Positions 57,101-64,000 of a DNA stretch of 64,000 nucleotides are shown in pieces. The number at the start of each line of letters is the position of its first letter. Within the stretch, counting starts at the first letter, position 1. The notes under the pieces were generated by a model, which saw nothing but the letters and a program-made list of their open reading frames with translations, searched no databases and was not told the origin of the DNA. This stretch comes from Patescibacteria group bacterium (lineage in GTDB: Bacteria > Patescibacteriota > Patescibacteriia > JAQUQO01). The position numbers were made by a program, and so were the translations under genes. The stretch lies in NCBI GenBank assembly GCA_028716045.1, contig JAQUQO010000001.1, positions 320,942 to 384,941 of the forward strand, written 5' to 3'.

Positions 57101-58863
57101 TAAAATTTACAGGCAGTGGCGTTGATTCCCCATTCACCGGCGTAAATAGTACTATCAGTAATATAATTAGGAGAAAGTTGATAAGCGGAAATATAAGAAG
57201 TGGCGGCGGTGATTCTCGTCCAAGTTATTCCGCCATCGGTTGATTTATAAATAAAACCATTGCAGATATTTTCTCCGGCCACATCACCCTCTTGGGAGCA
57301 GGCAAATATCGTGTTGTCACTGGCAAAATTCGGAGATACTTGAACATCTATTAAATCCCCGAGCGATAGACCAGTTAGATAAGAAACTGTCCATACTCCT
57401 CCGCTATTAACGGCTTTTTGCAACCCCTGCCCAAGGGTGCTCATTATTATAGTGCCATCAGTAGTATAATTAGGTGACATGTCTCCATCGGTCACTTTCC
57501 TCATTGTTCCATCGGTTGTAAGGTCAGCTATTTGCGAACATTCCACGCCCAAAGCCAGACCCCCCCCATCATCAACACACTGCCAAGAACCCCAGTTTTG
57601 TATTTCCCAATGTTGGTTGAAATAATAAATCTCATCTTCGGCACTGTAAGCGGCGCTATTATACGCCGGAGAAATTTCTAAACCGTCCTGCGCCATGGCT
57701 GCTATATTTTTAGACCAAGCGCAAGCCGAAACATTTGGGTCATTACAAGTAGTGGTCTTAAACGTTTGGCCCGTATAAGTCGGCGCGCTTCCGCCGGAAA
57801 CGGCTAAAATCGTATTGTCAGTATTATAAGCCGGAGAAAATTCTATATCATTAATATATCCTTCACCCCCAGGAGTCGGGAGGGTTACGCCAGTATTTAT
57901 CTCCGTCAAAGTGCAGGTGGCGGCCGCGGCTGTACAATCGCCGGAACCAAAAAATCCGCTGCCTTCAGTTCCTACAATAATCGTGCCGTCAGTAGCGTAT
58001 GCCGGAGAAACTTTTAAAACAGTAATATCCCCCGCAGCGGTGGAAGCTACTGCCGCGTTACCATTATCCCAGGTGACACCCTTGTCATGGCTTTTATAAA
58101 TAGCTTGGCCGGTGGAACCGAAAAGAGTGCAGCCAGTTGGCGTCGTGACGCAATCGGCCGTAGTATCACTATAAGAAGTGGCAGGCATTAAAGCTAAAGC
58201 AACGGGGGCTGTAAAACTAGCCCAAGTTGAACCACCGTCAGTACTTTTATAATTGCCATAAGTAAGGGTCGTGTAATCCAAGACCAGAACAAAAATAGTT
58301 GAATCATTATCATAATCAGGCGACAGAGCATACAAACTAACAACTTTCCCGCTGACTATTTTAGTGGCGTTATCAATAGACCAACCACCGCCCGCTAAAG
58401 TATCGGTCCAAGTCGCACCCTTGTCCTCACTTTTATATAAACCGCCGTTAAATCTGACAAACATCGTGCAGTTTGCCGGGTTAGCTCCACAATTCGCTTC
58501 ATTTTCATTATAAGAAGGGCTTAAGGCGGGCGTATCAGGTGAGCTGGCCGTATCAAACCCGCTCCCTGAAATATCCCATAAACCATCACCTGCTAAAGAC
58601 GTTACCGTGCCGGCCGAAGAATTCCACGAGGCCGTAGAATGCGCCAAGTCCAAATTAGCGCCGGTAGAAAGGTTGTCGATGAAAGTGTACCCCGTAGCTT
58701 TGGCGTTTCTGTCCGTCCACAAGTTTATGCCGTAAATCAAAGACAATACCAAAGAAATAATAGCTAAAACCGAAACAAACCCAAAAAGTTTTCTGAGGCC
58801 GAAAAGGTCGCGGCAAAAATGTAAATACTGGCCAAAAAGTTTATTGGCTTTCCCTCGTTTCAT
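48196..58863 (-). CDS. giant multidomain surface protein (3555 aa): signal anchor, BNR/Asp-box beta-propeller, FG-GAP/VCBS repeat arrays, Fn3-like repeats, SdrD-B/Cna-B-like and CarbopepD_reg-like domains, several TM segments
   Basis: Repeated YKS(T/E)DGG(A/S)TW Asp-box motifs. More than 25 D(I/V/L)(N/D)xDGxxD(I/L)(I/V)VG FG-GAP-type repeats. A duplicated segment YYLSN(N/D)GG(R/T)TW...GSDLRWKA(I/V)L. FFDGNNNGQYDKGEKGVQG. A Cys-rich CFDGADNDGDGQTDYPADAGC. Three internal hydrophobic helices. Confidence 0.85.
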   Translation of the reverse strand: MKRGKANKLFGQYLHFCRDLFGLRKLFGFVSVLAIISLVLSLIYGINLWTDRNAKATGYTFIDNLSTGANLDLAHSTASWNSSAGTVTSLAGDGLWDISGSGFDTASSPDTPALSPSYNENEANCGANPANCTMFVRFNGGLYKSEDKGATWTDTLAGGGWSIDNATKIVSGKVVSLYALSPDYDNDSTIFVLVLDYTTLTYGNYKSTDGGSTWASFTAPVALALMPATSYSDTTADCVTTPTGCTLFGSTGQAIYKSHDKGVTWDNGNAAVASTAAGDITVLKVSPAYATDGTIIVGTEGSGFFGSGDCTAAAATCTLTEINTGVTLPTPGGEGYINDIEFSPAYNTDNTILAVSGGSAPTYTGQTFKTTTCNDPNVSACAWSKNIAAMAQDGLEISPAYNSAAYSAEDEIYYFNQHWEIQNWGSWQCVDDGGGLALGVECSQIADLTTDGTMRKVTDGDMSPNYTTDGTIIMSTLGQGLQKAVNSGGVWTVSYLTGLSLGDLIDVQVSPNFASDNTIFACSQEGDVAGENICNGFIYKSTDGGITWTRITAATSYISAYQLSPNYITDSTIYAGEWGINATACKFYKSTDGGATWAQTASTISCAPVGTTYDRITVIAISPANSANLFLGTAGGKIYESIDSGATFDAGTNVVNEVTDIKISPNFATDSEVLATTTGARLVTIDGGTSWAVIPGGSWDHLLLAPQFDGTANCVANPEKCVAWVWSNTTVSLYMTVDRFEGGASDITPTGMTEILRTIAISPDYNYSGSDKRIWAGFNDTPQIYVSSNSGTAKNWNLMPSAFGSSYAEQKRGVNLGDINGDGLEDLANATSIFLNATAGIDNTADYTLNNIYAGGDINGDGYADVLDKNGANLEVLLGGSTFNTVVDYTLDDVDVTAETISDNGVTIADINGDGFKDIIVGIYTYNNGEGANQGGVVIYFGGKLFNDVYDYALSGAAAGDLFGAAVSAGDVNGDGFDDLAISAPSYSANTGRVYIYYGGKSFDTTADVTLTGDAGDVFGIDLSLAGDVNGDGYNDIVVGASRAAGDGDGRVYVFNGSASLASTLTTVSANSTINDSADDSGSDFGELVEAADVDKDGYDDVVVAAPDYRASAGETFHRGKFYAYYGAPTFNTTADYTYDPGEPASDYGPDASICLIDMDNNGYLDLRGVSHNSSDTIFTDDTSIDLIWKSRSSLADVNYKSLVVSPNYDVDKKIFLSGYGELEQSFSYKYNNSTILSKIVDSTVENINVATLTATATTPTNTSVTYYLSNNGGRTWEAATSGVAHTFTTTGSDLRWKAILATTDVAYSASISDISITYGNTNPGTPSLTAPADGATGVSLNPTFEFSTTDTDSDTLHYILEIAADSSFNKDVLTFYQKEDNIWYVKDDSLGWSQVNFYNSGDTASFTLPAKYTLTPKTTYYWRVAGVDENGGTAYSATFSFTAIRGSITDTFDTTVWRDSATTTTEWSAVGEVIRAPATNTFAVGSAALSPAAAANDTSFILSVDIDTDGDQDIVAGNYGNPMYLYKNNGSGTFTESTPFPDGGTSRNTNTLLAVDLDEDGDKDIIQGNNGQNYYYLNNGSGTFGAASEYSGFGASNTQSLDAADVNKDGDVDILEGTAAQDKLWLNDGDGTFTSSDTFNAGDTRTIKAVDVDVDGDMDVIVCDNGVGAKIYTNDGTGAFTLASTLAYAAGSGNDSLVVNDFDNDGDEDIIASNGASLFLYQNNGQGTFTANAAFSFNYAKMIDVDADLDGDMDLAVIASGVGINGLLRNKGSGTFTEETGYFASGSANVDKADNLAAADIDKDGDEDIIHYFSCIGGTCADADDQNYIYENNLHNNDADGGWAQLYGGANFPAQTSKIMPLGDVNYDGYEDLAVLSGADAATSSKIYLGDGGGGFTATAPFTNVSCANNDIDGAADFNGDGYLDILVGADNGWDCVYFNDGAGNFSTITQIVSIGNERQLWPADVEGDGDQDIIIFENGQNFIFRNNGDGSTFIQEDLGLAWENTLQGYTDDIDNDGDVDILVGDRVSQQNFLYRNNGSGTFIRESQFGEGSTDNIVSADLNGDSWKDVVVSNSDINSAIYWNNGQGSFTKQSLGTTGIFRGDDLDNDGDVDLYLVGGAAGTYIYRNDGRGDFTVELLSAAPSSAVFAHDINRDSMKELLVAYSSGDSFIFTPQLTQTAGTYIAQSVAMANPGRNILRATLTAEHYLPGASTIAYYLSNDGGTTWVAVTNGVEYVFATSGSDLRWKAVLTPDTDTPIIYNVTLNYAEDIAAGFMVNATNCRGFGGFDASSYGGREGHAIIWVVDFPIDFLNESDRDNLEFVPFVTSDKMVDVVSSGYTTPWSGYLTAVYNTDQYLKSWIPAKESTVYAYFTQEYFGFYEESSKEGLKYNTKLDGRKVCVKNKITNAYSGDCAVCPAVWTLAEPPSKPTLQAALTTSLWASVDNYSFPVGTDWEQAGVTFEIYEGDRIPEDGTPLASEFAAGQNSFTFGNLKPDTSYTIRARGRNGGGVDTPWSEALTAKTLPPSFTLIKTAVIKEPGQGEVKGSAVLSSSLNIGTKIQPLENLKYLRNFSAVMSFFILISLVILSYHLVLWNRAARSMVRIRFERKAYSTLAMAVVLGIVKVAMMATMAGLNDASIKVENYAGNGVAVQPEDSIVYQIDYINQTKDDLKNVVIKDKIDSVIFDDGYLKKNSESVGRLEDFLKCAGEEETSSCEIIFNLGEVKAGQSGYLTLPFKVSPDEVKQSVPHTISNVAKAEYTQNGENKSATSNTLLNPVSAGAIDIFTFFDGNNNGQYDKGEKGVQGIRTLVYYDLNGDGALSGPQETEVNVYSVSSVAGGHSTVDGRRAGKHFVKIGKIEKGKYSLVLPSGYTLTTSEMVTVDLERGGKGSAYFGLYKKAEQKPPVITYPGDNSEITDTAPTIRGNAYVSNGAVDIYLDGEYLDSTKANSEGFFSYTLTDELLFGAHTLRVKVGEVYSSLFEFKVTEKTAEEIKEEQEEEIGEKIRDTIIRVTIGEINIKEIAARLEGVKLSEVRQGKVSAESKLMDAGITVIMHNAEIGKTYELVVESEIYKYEFTPQNEEWAENIKISLPPGAHKSYVRVYDEIAKEYKIISNVEEFTVSLPACFDGADNDGDGQTDYPADAGCLSIDDNNEEDIVESPVADFLNSLVGTVEVIVNTVGELADDPQVEKAAQNYVAPTLVAVVAVNASTAISFVYLIPYLQFIFTEPFRLLSRRKRKGWGTVYNSISKEPIDLAIVRLINVQNGTLVQTQITDKQGRYNLIIKEAGTYRIEVKKVEFKYPTSLLGEKKEDMAFLDLYHGENIKVEASGAVITANIPLDPVKEDKPNRKILALAVGRRVQNGISLSGLGLSIVTFAIVPKLLMGILVALHFMLYFLFRRLAYPSKPKGWGIVYDKGTKKPLGKAVVRIFDIQFNKLLAAQVTDSAGRYGFLVGPNVYYLTSEREDYKSYKSSPIDLAKEKAGAITLDMPLEKSTEGMGISAPPAPEVPLSRPAASPEIKKEIPPAPAEIKDAQQEPKVDSGEKGKDIMDDIDTGFY

Positions 58864-58957
58864 ATAAAATATAATCTCTAACCATTATTGGATTATACAA
58901 TAAATCCTGAAAAATATCGCTGTGGATAAAAACTTCAAACAGTAAACTTAAAAAATT

Positions 58958-60109
58958 CTACGCGATAATCCTCCAAAGTTCATAAATTATGGCTAAAACA
59001 AAAATTATAAATAAAAAATTTCCTATCGCTCCCCATCGGCCAATTGAAAATTCCGTCTCCCTATCCCCTGTTTTTTTGGACTTTTTATAAATTAAAATCG
59101 TCAAAATGCCCACCGCACTGCCACTTAAAGCTCCGACTAAGCTGATTACTCCAATAAAACTTCTCGGTCCGAAGATAAAAATAATCAAGGGAATGGCCAT
59201 AGTCAATAGCCAAGACAGAGCGTGATTTAGCTTATAATCTCGGATAAAGGTGGTTTTCAAATTCAAACCAATCACCAAAAAAGACGTAGCCACGGCCAAA
59301 AACCCAAAAATTGAACCAATCAAAGTTATCTCCGGCCCCAAAACTCCGCCCAATCCGCCCATAGCCTCTTCGGAAACGTGAGTTCCGGAAACTCCCAATA
59401 CTACAAAAGTAAAAATTAAATAGATAAAAGCCGGCAAAAGAGTTCCGACTATTAGTATCTTTTTTAACGTCTTTTTATTCTTCAACATCCCTGCTACCTC
59501 GGGGATTGCCGACATTCCCGACAAAGAAAACCAAATAACACCATAAGGCAAAAAGGTGTCGCGCCAGTTTATAAATCCTATATCCAAAAAATTCTCTAAT
59601 CTTACACAAGACAAACCTTTTAAAATAATAATGGCGGCCGTTAATAATAAAAGAATGGTCATTACCAATTCGCCTTCGGAAATGAGTTTTATCCCCCAAT
59701 AAATAAAAGCTCCGCCGATGATAAAAAAAATGAGGCTGTAAAAAACCGGACCACCGCCAAAAATCCCGCCGAAGATATTATTCAAAAATTCACCGGAAAC
59801 AATCAAATAGGCCAGCAATGCTCCGTAAAAATCAAATAAAACAAAAAAAGTGGACAATATCTTGCCACGGCCGCCAAAATATCTCTCCGCGTAGCCGACC
59901 ATCCGATGGTCGCCCTTGGTCCTCAAAATAATTTCTCCGAAAAACAAATGGACAAAAACCATGGCCACACTTAAAACAACTAAATAAATAAGGCCGGCCG
60001 CTAGGCCTGATTTTGAGACGGCATAAGGGATGCCAAACATTCCCACTCCGACAATCGTTCCCACTAAAACCGACAGCGCCAAAAAAAATTCCTTATTTTT
60101 ATTTAACAT
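58958..60109 (-). CDS. polytopic membrane transporter, amino-acid permease-like (APC/HAAAP superfamily)
   Basis: 383 aa with about 11 TM segments; N-terminal GIPYAVSKSG-type motif. The family assignment is tentative. Confidence 0.45.
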   Translation of the reverse strand: MLNKNKEFFLALSVLVGTIVGVGMFGIPYAVSKSGLAAGLIYLVVLSVAMVFVHLFFGEIILRTKGDHRMVGYAERYFGGRGKILSTFFVLFDFYGALLAYLIVSGEFLNNIFGGIFGGGPVFYSLIFFIIGGAFIYWGIKLISEGELVMTILLLLTAAIIILKGLSCVRLENFLDIGFINWRDTFLPYGVIWFSLSGMSAIPEVAGMLKNKKTLKKILIVGTLLPAFIYLIFTFVVLGVSGTHVSEEAMGGLGGVLGPEITLIGSIFGFLAVATSFLVIGLNLKTTFIRDYKLNHALSWLLTMAIPLIIFIFGPRSFIGVISLVGALSGSAVGILTILIYKKSKKTGDRETEFSIGRWGAIGNFLFIIFVLAIIYELWRIIA

Positions 60110-60237
60110 AAATTAGCTGATAGCTTATGGCTTACGGCAAATAGCGAATTAATAAATTATAACATTTCTGGAAAGATTTTTAAATAAAAAGAGAAGGCAC
60201 GAGTTTATGTCTTCTCTTAATAATTCGAACTGGCGAT

Positions 60238-61239
60238 TTAAGGCAAAAGGTTATTTTCTTTTAGAAAATCGGCATACAAAATAGCCGCCGCGTCATTGGG
60301 GTGCCAGGAGTCCCCCGGAATTTCCTGTACTTCAATCCCCGCATTAATAGCTTGCTCCGCTATGGGCGAAAGGTCAAAGTGGCGAATATTTAGTTTTTCA
60401 AGAATCTTTAGCGCGGCTTTTTGATTATCCTTTTCCTCATATGACCATGTTTGGTAGGGCTTGAGGATGGGTAGCACCAAAACCGTCAATTTTGCTCCAT
60501 CCTGCATCGTGAGATTTTTCAACTCTAATAAAGCCGCTTCAACCTCGCTTTCAATAACACTCCTGTCTTTCTCCTCATTCAAAAGCGATCCTAGATATAA
60601 TCGGTAGATAGAGCTATTTTGAAGGAGCCACGGGCTGACACCTTGAATGGATATTTGCGGTGTGTAGTAAATAACAAGCTGATTCTGGTTGTCAAAAAAA
60701 ACGGCTGCCGTTACTCTAAAATCGCTGTTATGAAAACCGAGGATTACGTGGTCTGGGGCGATTTTACGATTATATCGCTTATAAAAAGCGACCTCCTGAA
60801 CCGTGGCAAATGCCGACACACCGGCGTTCCAGTATTCAAACTCCTCACCGTAACAAAACCGCAACGCTCTAACAACCCGCCCGATTTCCGTAGTTGAATC
60901 CCCGATAAAAAGGAGGCGAACTACGCCGGGACGTTTTTCCATGGTATAGGAATTGCGTAAAGTCCCCGCTTCAGAATAACGTTTAACACCGAGGATTGGT
61001 CGGAAACCGAATTCAGGGTCTACTGTAAACTCTTTGGTTCTATCCTCTTTTTCTTTCCACACCCATGGTATCTCGGTTTCGGTGGAGAAAGAATGAAAGT
61101 GATAAACACCGGAAAAATAGATACGGGAATAAATCATATCGGCTACTATAATAGCGCAAACTAAACCGAATGCCAAAAGGGCCAAAAGGACTATTCTAAA
61201 CAAAAACAATTTTCGGGCGCTTATTTTTTGTTTTTCCAT
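60238..61239 (-). CDS. membrane-anchored SGNH/GDSL-family hydrolase
   Basis: N-terminal TM; LLFIGDSTT (GDS block); C-terminal DSWHPN (catalytic DxxH). Confidence 0.65.
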   Translation of the reverse strand: MEKQKISARKLFLFRIVLLALLAFGLVCAIIVADMIYSRIYFSGVYHFHSFSTETEIPWVWKEKEDRTKEFTVDPEFGFRPILGVKRYSEAGTLRNSYTMEKRPGVVRLLFIGDSTTEIGRVVRALRFCYGEEFEYWNAGVSAFATVQEVAFYKRYNRKIAPDHVILGFHNSDFRVTAAVFFDNQNQLVIYYTPQISIQGVSPWLLQNSSIYRLYLGSLLNEEKDRSVIESEVEAALLELKNLTMQDGAKLTVLVLPILKPYQTWSYEEKDNQKAALKILEKLNIRHFDLSPIAEQAINAGIEVQEIPGDSWHPNDAAAILYADFLKENNLLP

Positions 61240-61360
61240 CTCTTGTCTCCTTCTTTATTATTAATTTTCAAGATACAAACAACTAACTAATATAGCATAT
61301 TCTAAAATAAAGTCAAGAAAAAAGAGAAGACATATTTTATGTCTCCTCTTTTAGAAATCA

Positions 61361-62710
61361 CTAAGGAGAGGGAAGAACAAAGCGAGCGAAAATGTCGTCA
61401 ACGTGTTTAACGGCATTTTTGAGATTAAAACAATCTTCAATCTCTTGCTCCGTCAAAAATTCTCTGACCCGTTCATTTTCTTTAGCAAGGTCGCGGAGAT
61501 GTTTGCCCTGTTCCGTCTTCTCTGGCTCAAAAGCCGCGAAAGCCAAGTCCTGAACGAGTTTATAGGCCTCTTGGCGGGGCATGCCCTTGTCTTCAAGGGC
61601 AGTGCGCAACCAACGGCTAAAAACGGCACCGTTAGTCAACTCAATATTTTTGAGCATCCGTTCGGGATAAACTAAGAGTTTTTCCATCACCCCGCAAAAC
61701 CGCTCCAGCTGAAAATGGGTAAGGAGAAAAATGTCCGGTATATTTACTCTTTCCACGATGGAATTAGAAAGGTCCCGTTCATGCCAGGTGGCTTGGGATT
61801 CCAGAAGAGCAAAAACATAACCTCGCACCATCCTTGCCGCGCCGGAAACATTCTCGTCCATAATCGGATTACGTTTATGCGGCATAGCCGAACTGCCCTT
61901 TTGTTCTCCCTTTTTGAAAAATTCCTGCACTTCGCAAGTTTCCGTACGCTGGAGATTACGGATTTCGATGGAGAATCTTTCCAACTCTCCCATCAAAATC
62001 GCGATTACGGAAAAATAATGGGAAAACATATCGCGCGGCAGAATCTGCGTTGAATGTAACGCCGGAGATAGACCAAGTTTTTGACAGGCCTTAAGTTCCA
62101 CTTCCGGCGGCAAAGAATACATACCCACCGCTCCGGAAATTTTACCCATAGATAGTTGTTTGAGGGCCTCGTTTAAATTATCTTGAATTCTCTCTAAACT
62201 ATCCCTCCAACCAAGCAACTTCCAACCGAAAGTGATTGGCTCCGCATGAACACCATGTGTGCGGCCGATTTGATAAGAATATTTGTGCTCTTCGGCTCTG
62301 GCTATTATAATATCTATCAACTTTCCTAAGGACTTGTCTATAAGGAAGTGTGCTTCGCAGATACGCAAGATATTAGCCGTATCCTGTAAGTCATAAGAAG
62401 TCAAATCCTGCGCATAAACCGCCGCTTCGGCCGAGGTCAGCTCGGCTCTCTTGATAAGATGGTCTAAAAAAGCATTAACATCGTGCCGCGTCACTTTTTC
62501 TATCTCGTCAATCTGCCGTGCATCTTCTTCGGTAAGCATTAAATGGATGAGTTTGAAAAAAGCTGATTGTATAGGGGGAGGGGTAGAAGAGATTATTACC
62601 GAATCCATTCTTGCCCCAAGCACGGAGCAAAGAACTTCAAGCATTTTTTGCCACTTATGTTCCTCCGACCAAATATCTACCATCTCTTTTTTTGCATACC
62701 TGTTTAACAT
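61361..62710 (-). CDS. purB: adenylosuccinate lyase
   Basis: Fumarate-lyase signature GSSAMPHKRNP; N-terminal pattern YAKKEMVDIWSEEHKWQKMLEV. Confidence 0.9.
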   Translation of the reverse strand: MLNRYAKKEMVDIWSEEHKWQKMLEVLCSVLGARMDSVIISSTPPPIQSAFFKLIHLMLTEEDARQIDEIEKVTRHDVNAFLDHLIKRAELTSAEAAVYAQDLTSYDLQDTANILRICEAHFLIDKSLGKLIDIIIARAEEHKYSYQIGRTHGVHAEPITFGWKLLGWRDSLERIQDNLNEALKQLSMGKISGAVGMYSLPPEVELKACQKLGLSPALHSTQILPRDMFSHYFSVIAILMGELERFSIEIRNLQRTETCEVQEFFKKGEQKGSSAMPHKRNPIMDENVSGAARMVRGYVFALLESQATWHERDLSNSIVERVNIPDIFLLTHFQLERFCGVMEKLLVYPERMLKNIELTNGAVFSRWLRTALEDKGMPRQEAYKLVQDLAFAAFEPEKTEQGKHLRDLAKENERVREFLTEQEIEDCFNLKNAVKHVDDIFARFVLPSP

Positions 62711-62830
62711 CTTTCTTTTCCTTTCTTTATGTTTATTTCATTGTTAACGAACAAAACTAAATTAAACCAGCTTAACATTTGAGGTAATTTAAGTCAAGGT
62801 GAGCGTGGAAAAGCTGTGTATCCCCTCCTC

Positions 62831-62859
62831 TTGATTTATTTGATCCAAAATCGTAAGAT
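62831..62859 (+). promoter_or_regulatory. candidate dnaB promoter TTGATT-17-TAAGAT
   Basis: Sequence inspection only. Confidence 0.4.
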
Positions 62860-62877
62860 AGAGAAACAATAAAAACT

Positions 62878-64000
62878 ATGGCTGATAATTTAGCAAAATT
62901 ACCACCCCAAAATTTAGAGGCCGAGCAATCCCTTCTAGGAGCGCTCCTGATAGACAGAGACGCGATTGTTAAAATTGCTGACATTGTCACGGCGGAAGAT
63001 TTTTATAAAGAATCCCATCGCCTTATTTTTGAAACTATCGCCGACTTATTCTCCCGCCACGAACCGATTGATATTTTAAGCGTCGGCAGCCGGCTGGAAG
63101 AAAGAGGCCAACTGGAACAAATCGGCGGCCGAAGCTATGTCGCGGACCTCACCAACGCCGTCCCGACCTCGTCCCACGTCGTCCACTATGCCAACATCGT
63201 CAAGAAGAAAGCTACTCTGCGACGCATGCTTAGCGCCGCCAGTGAAATCGTGGAATCGGTTTATGAAGAGAACGAAGAAGACGTGGAAAAACTTCTGGAC
63301 AAAGCGGAACAGAAACTTTTTAACGTTTCCCAAAAATATCTCAAACAAATTTTCATCCCGATAAAAAATGTCTTAATGGAGGCCTTTGAGCGCATTGATG
63401 AACTGCATAGAGACAAAGGCAAACTGCGCGGCATACCGACCGGCTTCAAAGAGCTGGATAATATTCTCGCCGGACTGCAAAAATCCGATTTAATCGTTCT
63501 GGCCGCCCGCCCGAGCGTGGGCAAAACCAGCTTGGCTTTGGATATCGCCCGCCAAGTGGCCGTGAAAGAAAAAATTCCCGTGGGAATTTTCAGCTTGGAA
63601 ATGTCCAAAGAACAATTAGTGGATAGAATGCTCTGCGCCGAAGCCGGTATTGATTTATGGAAAATGCGCACCGGCAACCTGTCCACCGGACCCGATGACC
63701 AGGATTTCCCCCGCATCAACCATGCCATGGGCGCCCTTTCCGAGGCCCCGATTTTCATTGACGATTCAGCCACGGCCAACATTATGGAAATCCGCACCAA
63801 GGCGCGCCGTCTGCAAGCCGAGCATGGTTTAGGTTTAATTGTCGTGGATTATTTACAATTAATGGAATCGCGCAGCCGGATTGAAAACCGCGTGCAGGAA
63901 GTGGCGGAAATCACTCGTTCCCTCAAAGCCATCGCCCGCGAACTCAATATCCCGGTGCTCGCCCTTTCCCAGCTTTCCCGCGCCGTGGAAATGTCCCGGC
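62878..64000 (+). CDS. dnaB: replicative DNA helicase DnaB; the 3' end runs past the window (absent from the ORF track because no stop is reached)
   Basis: N-terminal LPPQNLEAEQSLLGALL; Walker A ARPSVGKTSLALDIA; IVVDYLQLM; arginine finger region. Confidence 0.9.
   Translation, partial: MADNLAKLPPQNLEAEQSLLGALLIDRDAIVKIADIVTAEDFYKESHRLIFETIADLFSRHEPIDILSVGSRLEERGQLEQIGGRSYVADLTNAVPTSSHVVHYANIVKKKATLRRMLSAASEIVESVYEENEEDVEKLLDKAEQKLFNVSQKYLKQIFIPIKNVLMEAFERIDELHRDKGKLRGIPTGFKELDNILAGLQKSDLIVLAARPSVGKTSLALDIARQVAVKEKIPVGIFSLEMSKEQLVDRMLCAEAGIDLWKMRTGNLSTGPDDQDFPRINHAMGALSEAPIFIDDSATANIMEIRTKARRLQAEHGLGLIVVDYLQLMESRSRIENRVQEVAEITRSLKAIARELNIPVLALSQLSRAVEMSR

Noticed and set aside
1-64000. Genome-wide UGA recoding (translation table 25, as in SR1 / Gracilibacteria)
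   Set aside because: All long genes, including a 3555-codon one, are intact with TGA used as a stop. Only the DUF1653 ORF has an internal TGA.

Overview
This is an AT-rich bacterial window with dense housekeeping genes and a few accessory patches. From the gene content I infer a reduced-genome Patescibacteria/CPR-like organism. Evidence for that: a short AlaRS without the C-Ala domain, an RpoA without the alpha-CTD, SecD with an embedded PPIase, a bacterial Elp3 homolog, and a giant multi-domain surface protein.

Confident core genes:
- priA, def, fmt, queA.
- A complete alpha-type ribosomal cluster on the minus strand: infA-rpmJ-rpsM-rpsK-rpsD-rpoA-rplQ-rplM-rpsI. rpmJ is below the ORF-track size cutoff.
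- alaS, mnmA, secDF, secA, tdk, murB, murC.
- An Elp3-like radical-SAM/GNAT protein, glyA, folD, purB, and a partial dnaB at the right edge.

Accessory content:
- A surface-glycan cluster: two GT2, two GT4, a Wzx-like flippase, an O-antigen-ligase-like polymerase and a methyltransferase.
- Two tandem Nudix genes plus DUF523, GIY-YIG, GrpB and a DUF1653 gene interrupted by one in-frame TGA.
- A 730-aa protein with an MBL-fold core and two cNMP-binding domains.
- A translationally coupled operon: a membrane-anchored unknown protein followed by a TraD/VirD4-like P-loop ATPase with a C-terminal zinc ribbon, driven by tandem -35/-10 promoters.
- A 3555-aa BNR / FG-GAP / Fn3 / SdrD-B / CarbopepD giant protein.

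Non-coding signals:
- A 330-nt promoter-to-terminator structured RNA upstream of priA.
- A second ~200-nt RNA between alaS and a small ORF.
- Two copies of a GC-rich MITE-like element with terminal inverted repeats and swapped arms.
- A 9-unit heptanucleotide tandem repeat at the murC 3' end.
- A diverged duplicate of the folD 3' end.
- A perfect DnaA box upstream of infA, and several clear intrinsic terminators.

I found no rRNA, no convincing tRNA, no CRISPR array, and no transposase or integrase.
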